Origin: Thermodesulfobacteriota bacterium | GTDB taxonomy: Bacteria; Desulfobacterota; Desulfobacteria; Desulfobacterales; Desulfosudaceae | DNA length: 64,000 nucleotides | Assembly: GCA_034189225.1 (NCBI GenBank) | Contig: JAXHVL010000136.1 | Coordinates: 6,549-70,548, forward strand | Direction: 5' to 3' | Position numbers and translations under genes: made by a program | The notes under the pieces: generated by a model | Told to the model about the DNA's origin: nothing | Seen by the model: only the letters and a program-made list of their open reading frames with translations | Database searches by the model: none | Shown here: piece by piece, positions 9,665 through 17,301 of the stretch | Layout: each line of letters opens with the position of its first letter | Position numbering within the stretch: the first letter of the stretch is position 1

Positions 9665-11078
9665 CCGTTCACAGAGATATGATGTGGCCATTATCGGCGC
9701 CGGGACAGCGGGCCTTTCGGCCCGTTCCGAAGTGGCCCAAAAAACGGATAACTACGTGGTCATTGACAGCGGCCCCCTGGGCACCACCTGTGCCCGGGTG
9801 GGGTGTATGCCGTCAAAGGCCCTGATAGAGGTGGCCAACGCCCGGCATCGCCAGGCTTGGTTCGGCCGGTTTTACAGCGCAGTGACCACACCGCCGCCAG
9901 TGGATACCCGTAACATCATGGACCATGTCCGCAGGCTTCGGGACCGGTTCGCCGGCGGCGTCAGAAAAGGCATGGAAAAATGGCAGTCCCGCTTGATTCA
10001 GAGAAAGGCGCGCTTTGTTGATGCCAACACTCTGGATCTCGGCGATGAAACCATCCGCGCGGATAAAATCATTATCGCCACGGGCTCCAAGCCGATCCTG
10101 CCGGAAAAATGGCGGCCATATGCGGACCACCTGATTGATACCGACCGTTTTTTCGAGCTGCCTGAACTTCCCGGTCGAATGGCCGTCTTCGGACTTGGAA
10201 TGATCGGCATTGAACTGGGCCAGGCCCTGGCGCGCCTCGGGGTTGCAGTGACGGCCATCACCCTTGACAGGGCCGTGGGCGGGCTGACGGACCCGGATAT
10301 GCAGGATTATGCCTGGCATCATTTTTCACAGGCTATGACCCTCTGTCAGGGGCCTGCCGAGATAGTGGAAGCAACCGGTGATGGTTTGAAAATCCGTTGC
10401 AATGACAACACATGGAGTGTTGACAAGGTCCTGGTATCCCTGGGGCGGGCCCCTGCGGTAAAGGATCTGGGGCTGGAAAATCTGGAGGTTGAGCTGGACA
10501 AAAACGGACTTCCCCCGTTTGATCCGACCACGCTTCAGCTCGAAAACCTGCCGGTGTTTATTGCCGGGGATGTCAACGGCATCCGTCCGATCCTTCATGA
10601 AGCATCGGATGAGGGCTATATCGCCGGCTATAACGCCGTGGCAGATCAAATCAACTGCTTTCAGAAACGGACATTCCTCAGCATTGCATTCACTTCCCCG
10701 AATATTGCGGTCATCGGAAAATCTTTCAGGCAGCTGAAAAATGAAGGAATCGATTTTGTCATCGGCGAAGCGGCATATGAACACCAGGGCCGAGCCCTTA
10801 TGACGGGCAGGGATAAAGGCCTGATTCACTTGTACGGCGACCGCCGGGACGGGCGGCTGCTAGGGGCTGAACTGTTTCTGCCGGAGGGCGAGCACCTGGG
10901 CCATCTGCTGGCATGGGTCCTTTCCCTTGATGCGCCCATGGACAAGATCCTATCGCTTCCATTTTATCATCCAACCCTTGAAGAGGGCCTCCGAACGGCA
11001 ATCCGCGACGTGATCGGCCAGGCACAAAGCCCGCGCCCGACAATGGAAACGCTCAGGTGCCAGGAAACGCCGGCCTGA
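9657..11078 (+). CDS. class I pyridine nucleotide-disulfide oxidoreductase (dihydrolipoyl dehydrogenase-like)
   Basis: 473 aa. FAD-binding GAGTAG, redox-active disulfide GTTCARVGCMPSK, second Rossmann motif VFGLGMIGIELG, and C-terminal dimerisation His-Glu motif FYHPTLEEG. Confidence 0.9.
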   Translation: MSDRSQRYDVAIIGAGTAGLSARSEVAQKTDNYVVIDSGPLGTTCARVGCMPSKALIEVANARHRQAWFGRFYSAVTTPPPVDTRNIMDHVRRLRDRFAGGVRKGMEKWQSRLIQRKARFVDANTLDLGDETIRADKIIIATGSKPILPEKWRPYADHLIDTDRFFELPELPGRMAVFGLGMIGIELGQALARLGVAVTAITLDRAVGGLTDPDMQDYAWHHFSQAMTLCQGPAEIVEATGDGLKIRCNDNTWSVDKVLVSLGRAPAVKDLGLENLEVELDKNGLPPFDPTTLQLENLPVFIAGDVNGIRPILHEASDEGYIAGYNAVADQINCFQKRTFLSIAFTSPNIAVIGKSFRQLKNEGIDFVIGEAAYEHQGRALMTGRDKGLIHLYGDRRDGRLLGAELFLPEGEHLGHLLAWVLSLDAPMDKILSLPFYHPTLEEGLRTAIRDVIGQAQSPRPTMETLRCQETPA

Positions 11079-11201
11079 TCATGCCCGCCCTGATGGGATT
11101 TTTTACAAGACCATCTTCGAGGAATTTCAAGACGGAAAGTTGGCCGTCGAGGTGGCCGAGCCCGTGCCTGTGCTGATTATCGAGTAAGCCAAAAGGTGGT
11201 T

Positions 11202-11239
11202 GCCGGGCTGGCGATGGGAATCTCAGCCCGGCTTGTTTC
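11202..11239 (+). terminator. candidate rho-independent terminator after the reductase gene
   Basis: Stem GCCGGGCTG (11202-11210) pairs with CAGCCCGGC (11224-11232) and is followed by TTGTTTC. Confidence 0.5.
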
Positions 11240-11340
11240 ACAAAGCATCAGAACAGGTCCGCTCTCTGCAAAAAACGCCGAGAGATGAGGGGCCACCACT
11301 TTCCATGTGGCCCCAAACCGGCTCATCAAATATCCGGTGG

Positions 11341-11796
11341 TTATTCTGCCCCGTATTCTTTTCTGGCTTTTTCCCAGGCGTCATTAATATCCCGATAGGC
11401 ATCGGCAAACCCCTCTTTCATGTGCCCCCAGGCATCGCCCGAGCTGCTCTTAAGGCTGCCGTACCATTCCGCCAGCCGGACCCGCTGCTGCCGCAGGGAT
11501 TTCAGGGTCTCCCGCGCCTGCTGTCGGGCCGACCGGTCCATCTTTTCCCGGTTCTTTTCAATACGGGTTTCCAGGTCTTCAATCCGCCGGTCCAGGTCGT
11601 CCAGTGCCGCCCGGGCTTGCCGCACCGCCTCTTCCCGCTGTTGGGCGCTATACCCCTTCAGCGCCTCGAGCAAATCCCGGGTCTCCTGCTTCACCGCCTC
11701 AAGCGACGGCCGATCCTTTCCCGCTTCAGCCGGACAAACAAGTGCATTCACCAGAAAAGCCGTGCCAATGATGATCATGATGGAAAAACTGCGCAT
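11341..11796 (-). CDS. secreted coiled-coil protein, function unknown
   Basis: The start is reset to MRSFSIMIIIGTAFLVNALVCPAEA (signal peptide; GGAGGAAACACGAAT precedes the ATG at 11796). The remainder is charged and helical (RRIEDLETRIEKNREKMDRSARQQ). Confidence 0.65.
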   Translation of the reverse strand: MRSFSIMIIIGTAFLVNALVCPAEAGKDRPSLEAVKQETRDLLEALKGYSAQQREEAVRQARAALDDLDRRIEDLETRIEKNREKMDRSARQQARETLKSLRQQRVRLAEWYGSLKSSSGDAWGHMKEGFADAYRDINDAWEKARKEYGAE

Positions 11797-11910
11797 ATTC
11801 GTGTTTCCTCCTTCCTGTCTTGCAACCTCCCCGCCCGATGCATGAACCCTTTTTTTGCTTATGCAACATCTTGCCCGAAAAAGCAATCCCGATTTCGTTA
11901 CCAGCCCTGT

Positions 11911-12084
11911 TCAGTTGCGGCTGATTTCTGCGCGTTTATCGTCAAATAATCCCTCGGCCATTGCAAGCCGGGCAAAATTTTTCTCGACCCAGACATGCAT
12001 CGCCCGGATCAACGCCGGGTCATGAAACTGAATCACTTCCTTCATGCAGTTTAAATCCTGTTGTATCCGCCAGTATAAATACAT
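11911..12084 (-). CDS. small ORF (57 aa), below the ORF-track cut-off, function unknown
   Basis: AAAAGGAGAATAAATG RBS and start at 12084; TGA at 11911-11913. Translation MYLYWRIQQDLNCMKEVIQFHDPALIRAMHVWVEKNFARLAMAEGLFDDKRAEISRN. It lies 47 nt downstream of the TPR gene on the same strand. Confidence 0.4.
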   Translation of the reverse strand: MYLYWRIQQDLNCMKEVIQFHDPALIRAMHVWVEKNFARLAMAEGLFDDKRAEISRN

Positions 12085-12131
12085 TTATTCTCCTTTTCGG
12101 GTGTGGAAACGAGGTTGCCGCATCACTCCAT

Positions 12132-13457
12132 CTATTCGATTTCGCAGAGGGCCTTTTGAGCGGCTTCACGCTGTTGAGGATATGTCTTTGCCTGAAGTAA
12201 GGCATCTCTGGCAGCGGAAAAATTACCGGCCTGCCATGCGGAATAGCCGGCCATCAGCCAGGCCCGGCCGCGATGGTTCCCAGGTTTTCGGGCCGCGCGG
12301 CGATAATCGTCCGCCGCCTGCCCATACTGTTCAAGCACATAATGCAGCTGCGCCGCCAGGAGGATCAGATCCGCATCCTCTGGTGTGTGGTTAAATGCCC
12401 TGATCCGTTCCAGGGCTTTCTCCGGCTGCCCCAGCTGCCGGTAGGCCAGGACCAGCCGGCGAAGCATTTTCTTATCCGGCTTTTCTTCCAGGCACTTCTC
12501 ATATACCGATGCTGCTTTGACAGGAATGCCCACTTCAAGACTGAGGTCCGCGATCAGCTGTTTTTCTTCGCGGGACAGGGAGGTGAGGAATCCGTAAGGG
12601 ATCAGCGCCGCAAGTGCCGCTTCGTACCGGCCCGCATTCAGATGAATATAGGCCAGCGACTTCCACCATCTGTCGACTTCCGGGGTCTCCCGGGTCAATA
12701 AAAGCGCCAGATCCAGCGCGGCCTGTTCCATACCCAGCTGAATATACTGGTGCAGAAGCACCGCCTGCCACTGCATCTTCTTTTCACCGGTATAACCATC
12801 CACCAGCTCCCGGATATAAGGCAAGGCCCGCTCAAATCGGTTGTCTCCCAGCAGGGCATGCACCAGGTTTTCCTTCCATTCCGGCTGCATGGCCGATGGA
12901 TGGGCCGCCATCAGCCGCTCGAAAAGCGCAACGGCCTGCGCAGGATCACCCGCCATGAGATGGGCCACCGCGCTGTAATAAAGCGGTTCGGGCGTTTTTT
13001 TATCCGCGGTGTCATAGGCCTTTTCAAAACAACGCCCCGCCGCCGTCATCTGCTTCATTTCATACAACGCCCGGGCGCGGTTCAGCCAGGCCCGGGTATG
13101 GGAAGGATCCCGGATAACTGCTTTCTGATAGGCCGCCGCCGCCTGTTCGTAGTGCGCCATCATCAGGTAACAGTTGCCAAGGGTAAAATAGACCGCCGGG
13201 TGATGATAACCGCTGTCGTCGGTTTCCGTGGCCGGCTGCTTTCTGGCCTGATAGTCTTTCAGAATTTCCGCCGCCTGCTGATAGTTCTCATTCTGCATCA
13301 GCGGCGTCACCCTGGCAATGGCCAGGCGGGCCCGGGCCGGCCGACTATCAGGGCCGCGGATTTCCGCATGAAGGATGCCGGGCAGCAGGAGTGCCGCCAT
13401 GAGTATAGCGGTTATGCGCACAGGTCCTTTCCTTGCCATTATGCCCATCCTTGCCAT
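12132..13457 (-). CDS. TPR-repeat periplasmic protein (TtpD-like member of TonB2-type clusters)
   Basis: The start is set to the ATG at 13457, a TAATG overlap with the tonB stop. Signal-like segment ITAILMAALLLPGILHA, then multiple TPR-like repeats (AAAAYQKAVIRDPSHTRAWLNRARALY and others). Confidence 0.85.
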   Translation of the reverse strand: MARMGIMARKGPVRITAILMAALLLPGILHAEIRGPDSRPARARLAIARVTPLMQNENYQQAAEILKDYQARKQPATETDDSGYHHPAVYFTLGNCYLMMAHYEQAAAAYQKAVIRDPSHTRAWLNRARALYEMKQMTAAGRCFEKAYDTADKKTPEPLYYSAVAHLMAGDPAQAVALFERLMAAHPSAMQPEWKENLVHALLGDNRFERALPYIRELVDGYTGEKKMQWQAVLLHQYIQLGMEQAALDLALLLTRETPEVDRWWKSLAYIHLNAGRYEAALAALIPYGFLTSLSREEKQLIADLSLEVGIPVKAASVYEKCLEEKPDKKMLRRLVLAYRQLGQPEKALERIRAFNHTPEDADLILLAAQLHYVLEQYGQAADDYRRAARKPGNHRGRAWLMAGYSAWQAGNFSAARDALLQAKTYPQQREAAQKALCEIE

Positions 13458-14167
13458 TACGACGGATCCTCGAGCTGAAATTGGATGGTTGTTGTCATCC
13501 GGGTTTTCACTGGGGCACCGTCTATAGTGCCCGGCTTGAAGCGCCATCGGCTCACACATTGCCGGACACTGCCCTCAAAAATGTTTTCCGGTTGGGCATC
13601 CAGTATCTTTATGTCTTGCACCTTCCCCGATTCATTCACCACAAACGACACCCTCACCCGGCCTTCAATCCCCATCCGCCTGGCCCTCAGGGGATAGACC
13701 GGCGGGGTCCGCGCTGTCACAGTAAGCGGCGTGTCCAGCTCACCTTCCGGGAATATGGTGGTAATCCCGTCCGGCGTCAGGGCGCCGGCTTGAAGGGGCG
13801 GCAGTTCCAGCGTATCGGGTCCGCCGGGCAGCCGCGGATTGATCTCAAAAGGCATTTTCAGTTCCGGCTGAACGGGCCGGTCCGGAACCGCCCGGGAAGC
13901 TGCATCCGGCGGCGGTTCGGGCGGTTCAGGGGTGACGACCTCCCGCTTTTTCTCATGCCGCTGCTCATGGATATGGGTTACCTGGACACGGGGAATGATC
14001 TTTTCAATTGTCGGCGCCGTCGGCGGCGACTGGTCCATGAGCCGCGGCATCATCCCGAACAGCAGCAGGTTCAGGCCCGCCGCCGCCAGCACCGCACCCA
14101 CCCAGCGCAACCGGTTGGCGCTTGTGATATCGTCCAGGTAGTCTTTTTGTTGTTGTGTGTGGGGCAT
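13457..14167 (-). CDS. tonB: TonB family energy transducer
   Basis: 236 aa. N-terminal TM anchor (WVGAVLAAAGLNLLLFGMM), Pro-rich linker (TPEPPEPPPD) and TonB C-terminal domain (PVYPLRARRMGIEGRVRVSFVVNESGKV...FKPG). Confidence 0.88.
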   Translation of the reverse strand: MPHTQQQKDYLDDITSANRLRWVGAVLAAAGLNLLLFGMMPRLMDQSPPTAPTIEKIIPRVQVTHIHEQRHEKKREVVTPEPPEPPPDAASRAVPDRPVQPELKMPFEINPRLPGGPDTLELPPLQAGALTPDGITTIFPEGELDTPLTVTARTPPVYPLRARRMGIEGRVRVSFVVNESGKVQDIKILDAQPENIFEGSVRQCVSRWRFKPGTIDGAPVKTRMTTTIQFQLEDPS

Positions 14168-14179
14168 CGACTTCTCGCT

Positions 14180-14345
14180 GCTTATGCTGATGGGGGTAAT
14201 CTAGTTTTTAGTTTTTAGTTTTTAACGGGATGAATCGCTTCGCTCTGTCTTTAAAAAAAATGACATATCTACCTCTAACACCTGAAAGCCAATACCTAAC
14301 AGCCAACACCTAAAAGCTAACTGCTAACAGCTACAACCAACCATC
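14180..14345. repeat. low-complexity short-period repeats between tonB and exbD
   Basis: TAGTTTT x3 in tandem (14201-14221), followed by about 8 degenerate CTAAC/CCAAC-containing units (CTCTAACACCTGAAAGCCAATACCTAACAGCCAACACCTAAAAGCTAACTGCTAACAGCTACAACCAACC). Confidence 0.45.
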
Positions 14346-14349
14346 ACCC

Positions 14350-14763
14350 TCACTCCGGAAGGCTGGCCGCCAGGGAGACGTTTTCCGCACCGGCCATGCG
14401 GCATCCGTCCATTACGTCGATGGCAACCCCCGTGTCGCTTCTTTTGTCGGCAATAACGATGACACTGCTTTCCGGGTTTTCTGCCAGCGCCCGCTCCACG
14501 TTGGCGCGAACAGCCCGCACGTCGATTTCCTGGCGTTCCATGAACACCCGGTTGTCTTTATCCACGGCAATGAGGATACTGGCCTCTTCCTTGGTGGCCG
14601 CGGTGGCCGCGGTGGGCCGGGACACGTCAACGCCGGTCTCCTTGACAAAGCTGGTGTTCACCAGGAAAAAAATCAGCAGAATAAACACCATGTCGATGAG
14701 CGGCGTGATGTTCAGGTCTGTTGTCTCCCGCCTCCCCCGCCTGGCGCTCGTTATGTTCAACAT
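14350..14763 (-). CDS. exbD: ExbD/TolR biopolymer transport protein
   Basis: 137 aa with the typical N-terminus LNITPLIDMVFILLIFFLV and a periplasmic domain. Confidence 0.92.
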   Translation of the reverse strand: MLNITSARRGRRETTDLNITPLIDMVFILLIFFLVNTSFVKETGVDVSRPTAATAATKEEASILIAVDKDNRVFMERQEIDVRAVRANVERALAENPESSVIVIADKRSDTGVAIDVMDGCRMAGAENVSLAASLPE

Positions 14764-14795
14764 TTTAATTAACTCCCTGATACCTTTTGAATGCT

Positions 14796-14890
14796 GGAGG
14801 CCTGAAGGCCTCCGCTACACCGGCTGCGACAATTGCCCCGGATTTTTGTATATGTCGGAGCCGGTGATAGGGGAAGCCTTCAGGCTTCCA
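14796..14890. repeat. intergenic repeat module G (GCTACACCGGCTGCGACAATTG core flanked by small hairpins)
   Basis: GGAGGCCTGAAGGCCTCCGCTACACCGGCTGCGACAATTGCCCCGG...GGAAGCCTTCAGGCTTCC. Related copies lie at 34497-34593 and 55991-56040. Confidence 0.6.
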
Positions 14891-14956
14891 TATCAGAAAA
14901 GAGAACCACGTTCCTTTAAAGACCAAAGGAATCGCAACGCTTATTTCATCTTTTAA

Positions 14957-15046
14957 CCACGGAAAGCACGGAAGGACACGGAAACAGCGGAAGATATTGT
15001 GTTGTTTTCCGTATTTTTCCGTGTTTTTCCGTGTCCTTCCGTGGTT
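14957..15046. repeat. phased-repeat hairpin, CACGGAA core type
   Basis: 5' arm CCACGGAAAGCACGGAAGGACACGGAAACAGCGGAAG. 3' arm TTCCGTATTTTTCCGTGTTTTTCCGTGTCCTTCCGTGG. There are 3-4 core copies per arm at ~9-11 nt spacing. A sister copy lies at 52247-52332. Confidence 0.7.
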
Positions 15047-15086
15047 CCCATCATCAAACCATATTTTGGTGCTTTTCGTGGTACAG

Positions 15087-15205
15087 TAAAAATCCGACCC
15101 CAAAGGGGCCGGCTTTGGTTACCCCTGTAAGGGGATTGTTTACAGGCTTCGTACGTGAACGTTTTAAATTCGAATTTCTAATGTCCAATTTCTGGTCCTT
15201 TACAT
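15087..15205. repeat. intergenic repeat module A (plus a partial D-like tail)
   Basis: AAAATCCGACCCCAAAGGGGCCGGCTTTGGTTACCCCTGTAAGGGGATTGTTTACAGGCTTCGTACGTGAAC. Copies lie at 32791-32870 and 55036-55095. It contains two small hairpins (CCGACCCC/GGGGCCGG and CCCCT/AGGGG). Confidence 0.65.
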
Positions 15206-15247
15206 TGCTGCCTGTCGAACTGCCCGGTTTTCTCTTTTAGCCTGCCC

Positions 15248-15856
15248 TTACAGCCTGCGCCTGAGATAATATCCCACCCGGGCGATGCGCTGTTTCAGGT
15301 TGCGGGCCCGGCGGTCCAGGAACCCTTTCATGTAAAGGCCGGGGATGGCCACCATCAACCCGGTCTGGGTGGTAACCAGGGCCTCGGAAATACCGCCGGC
15401 CATGCCCTTGGCATTGCCCGTGCCGAAGATGGCCAGAATATCAAAGGTGCTGATCATGCCCATGACCGTCCCCAGCAGGCCCAGCAGCGGGGCCACCGCC
15501 GCCAGTACGCCTATCACGGCCAGATGATCGTTCAGGGACCGGTTCAGGGTAAAAACGATTTCATCCAGGATGAACCGGTCCAGTGTCTGCTCGTTGCTCC
15601 GCCGGTCCAGAAAACGGGCCACCAGAAGGGATACCGCACCCCTGTGTTGACCGGGGTCGGGCATGCGGTTTTCCCGGACATGGGCCCATGCCGTGGGCGC
15701 ATCCATGTTTTTCCGATACAGCCGCCGGAAAAACAGGATCCGATCGATGATGAGCAGCCACATCACCAGGCTCACCAGTGCCAGCGGAATCATGGCAAAA
15801 CCGCCGGTCCGGAGATAGCTTTCCAGCACCAGGTATTGCGCCCATACAAAATGCAT
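15248..15856 (-). CDS. exbB: MotA/TolQ/ExbB proton-channel protein
   Basis: 202 aa with three TM segments and the conserved C-terminal motif GGISEALVTTQTGLMVAIP. Confidence 0.92.
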   Translation of the reverse strand: MHFVWAQYLVLESYLRTGGFAMIPLALVSLVMWLLIIDRILFFRRLYRKNMDAPTAWAHVRENRMPDPGQHRGAVSLLVARFLDRRSNEQTLDRFILDEIVFTLNRSLNDHLAVIGVLAAVAPLLGLLGTVMGMISTFDILAIFGTGNAKGMAGGISEALVTTQTGLMVAIPGLYMKGFLDRRARNLKQRIARVGYYLRRRL

Positions 15857-17301
15857 TACGACGCCCCCCGGCTCTTGTAGACTATATTCACCAGCGCCAC
15901 CGCCTTTTCCTCCATCTGACCGATGGTCTTGTCCACGGACCGGTTCAGCAGGGTCTGGGCCAGCATGAGCGGAATCGCCACGGACAGGCCCAGCATGGTG
16001 GTGACCAGGGCCTCGGATATGCCGCCGGACATGAGACGGGGATCGCTTGTGCCGTGAAGGGTAATCACGTGAAAGGTTTCAATCATGCCGGTCACTGTCC
16101 CCAGAAGACCCAGGAGCGGGGCAATGGCGGCGAGCATTCCAAGGGTGGACAGAAACCGTTCCATTGACGGGATCTCCCGCAGGATTGCCTCCTGGAGCGC
16201 ATTTTCCATCTCCTCCCGGGCCATGTGGCAGCAATCAAGCCCTGCTTTCAAGACACGGGCCACGGGTTTGCGGTCATGTTCGACGCAGGCGAGGGTGCAG
16301 TCATTCCACCTGCTGTCCGCAGCCAGGGCCTCGATGCGGCGGATCAGACCGTCAGGGTTGAGGCGCTTTTGCAGCAGAAAGATGACCCGCTCGGTAACGA
16401 TCACCAGCCCCACCCCCAGGATTGCCAGGATAGGCCAGATGAGCAGTCCGCCCTTGGGCACCATCTCCCAGATATTCAGTGCATGGGTGAGCTGCCGAAG
16501 GGCCGCGCCGCGGGTAATATCCATGGGTACCCGATCCGCCTCCCCGTCCATGTAGCGGTCAATCTGCCCCTGCATCCGGCCGGAAGGCAGGCGGGAAAGC
16601 GCATACAGCTTGTTCCCGTCGGCTGAATAATTCAGAAACCCGGTCTCGTCGCCGTGGCGGTAGGCGGCGGTAAACGGCCCCAGCATCAGAATATCCGTCG
16701 AAACCGCCTTGCCGGCCCGGTCGATCATGGTGCCCTCTTCCACGGTCACGGCCCCGGTCTTCTGCATCTGATCGAACAGGGCATCGGCCATGCCGCGCAC
16801 TTCGGTCATGCCGGGAAATTTTGATTGTTCGGCCACCGACGCCAGGAACTCGGGATGCCCCCCGCCCACGGCCGTCTGTAGATTGCCGGCAATCAATGCG
16901 TCAATATCCTTGGCATTGATCCGGATCACCCCAACCAATTCCTTGACCATGCCCTGTTTTTCGGAAAGGGTCTCTGAGAGCGTGCTCTCTTCGGCCGACA
17001 GTTGCGACTCTGTCCGGGTCAGCGTCTGCACCGTTTTCTTTAAAGACCGGTTTTGCGTTTCTATTTCAGCGATGGCATTTTCCAGTTTTTCCCGATCCGC
17101 TGCGATCCGCGCCCGGCTTTCGGCGGCCGCTTTTTCCGCGGCGGCCTTTTCCGCGGCGATTTTCTCCTGCAGGGCCTGCCGTTGCTGGCGGGCTTCCCTG
17201 GACAGCGCCCGCATATCGGCGGCCGTCGACACCCAAGGCACCAACACCAGGATCAAGCAGACCGGCAACAACCATAATATCCGGTGAATGGTCCGTGTCA
17301 T
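15856..17301 (-). CDS. long MotA/TolQ/ExbB family protein with large N-terminal periplasmic coiled-coil domain (TtpC-like)
   Basis: The start is reset to MTRTIHRILWLLPVCLILVLV (ATG 17301), an ATGA overlap with the upstream stop. C-terminal ExbB motif GGISEALVTTMLGLSVAIP. TAATG overlap with exbB. Confidence 0.88.
   Translation of the reverse strand: MTRTIHRILWLLPVCLILVLVPWVSTAADMRALSREARQQRQALQEKIAAEKAAAEKAAAESRARIAADREKLENAIAEIETQNRSLKKTVQTLTRTESQLSAEESTLSETLSEKQGMVKELVGVIRINAKDIDALIAGNLQTAVGGGHPEFLASVAEQSKFPGMTEVRGMADALFDQMQKTGAVTVEEGTMIDRAGKAVSTDILMLGPFTAAYRHGDETGFLNYSADGNKLYALSRLPSGRMQGQIDRYMDGEADRVPMDITRGAALRQLTHALNIWEMVPKGGLLIWPILAILGVGLVIVTERVIFLLQKRLNPDGLIRRIEALAADSRWNDCTLACVEHDRKPVARVLKAGLDCCHMAREEMENALQEAILREIPSMERFLSTLGMLAAIAPLLGLLGTVTGMIETFHVITLHGTSDPRLMSGGISEALVTTMLGLSVAIPLMLAQTLLNRSVDKTIGQMEEKAVALVNIVYKSRGAS

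Noticed and set aside
11014-11187. A protein-like reading frame (+1 relative to the reductase gene) ending ...DGIFYKTIFEEFQDGKLAVEVAEPVPVLIIE. It was considered as a missed small gene or a frameshift extension.
   Set aside because: There is no ATG, GTG or TTG start between the upstream in-frame stop (11011-11013) and the conserved-looking part. The reductase already has a complete C-terminus (HPTLEEG plus about 30 aa). It is possibly a gene remnant, and I cannot support it.
14957-15046. Phased 7-nt repeat arrays considered as a mini-CRISPR array or as a CsrA/RsmA sponge (several GGA motifs in the CACGGAA type).
   Set aside because: The units are 7 nt with 0-4 nt between them, so there are no spacers. 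The arrays occur as inverted pairs that would sequester the GGA motifs. Sister elements with CACGAAG, CATGAAG and GAAATTR cores lack GGA altogether. No cas genes are present.
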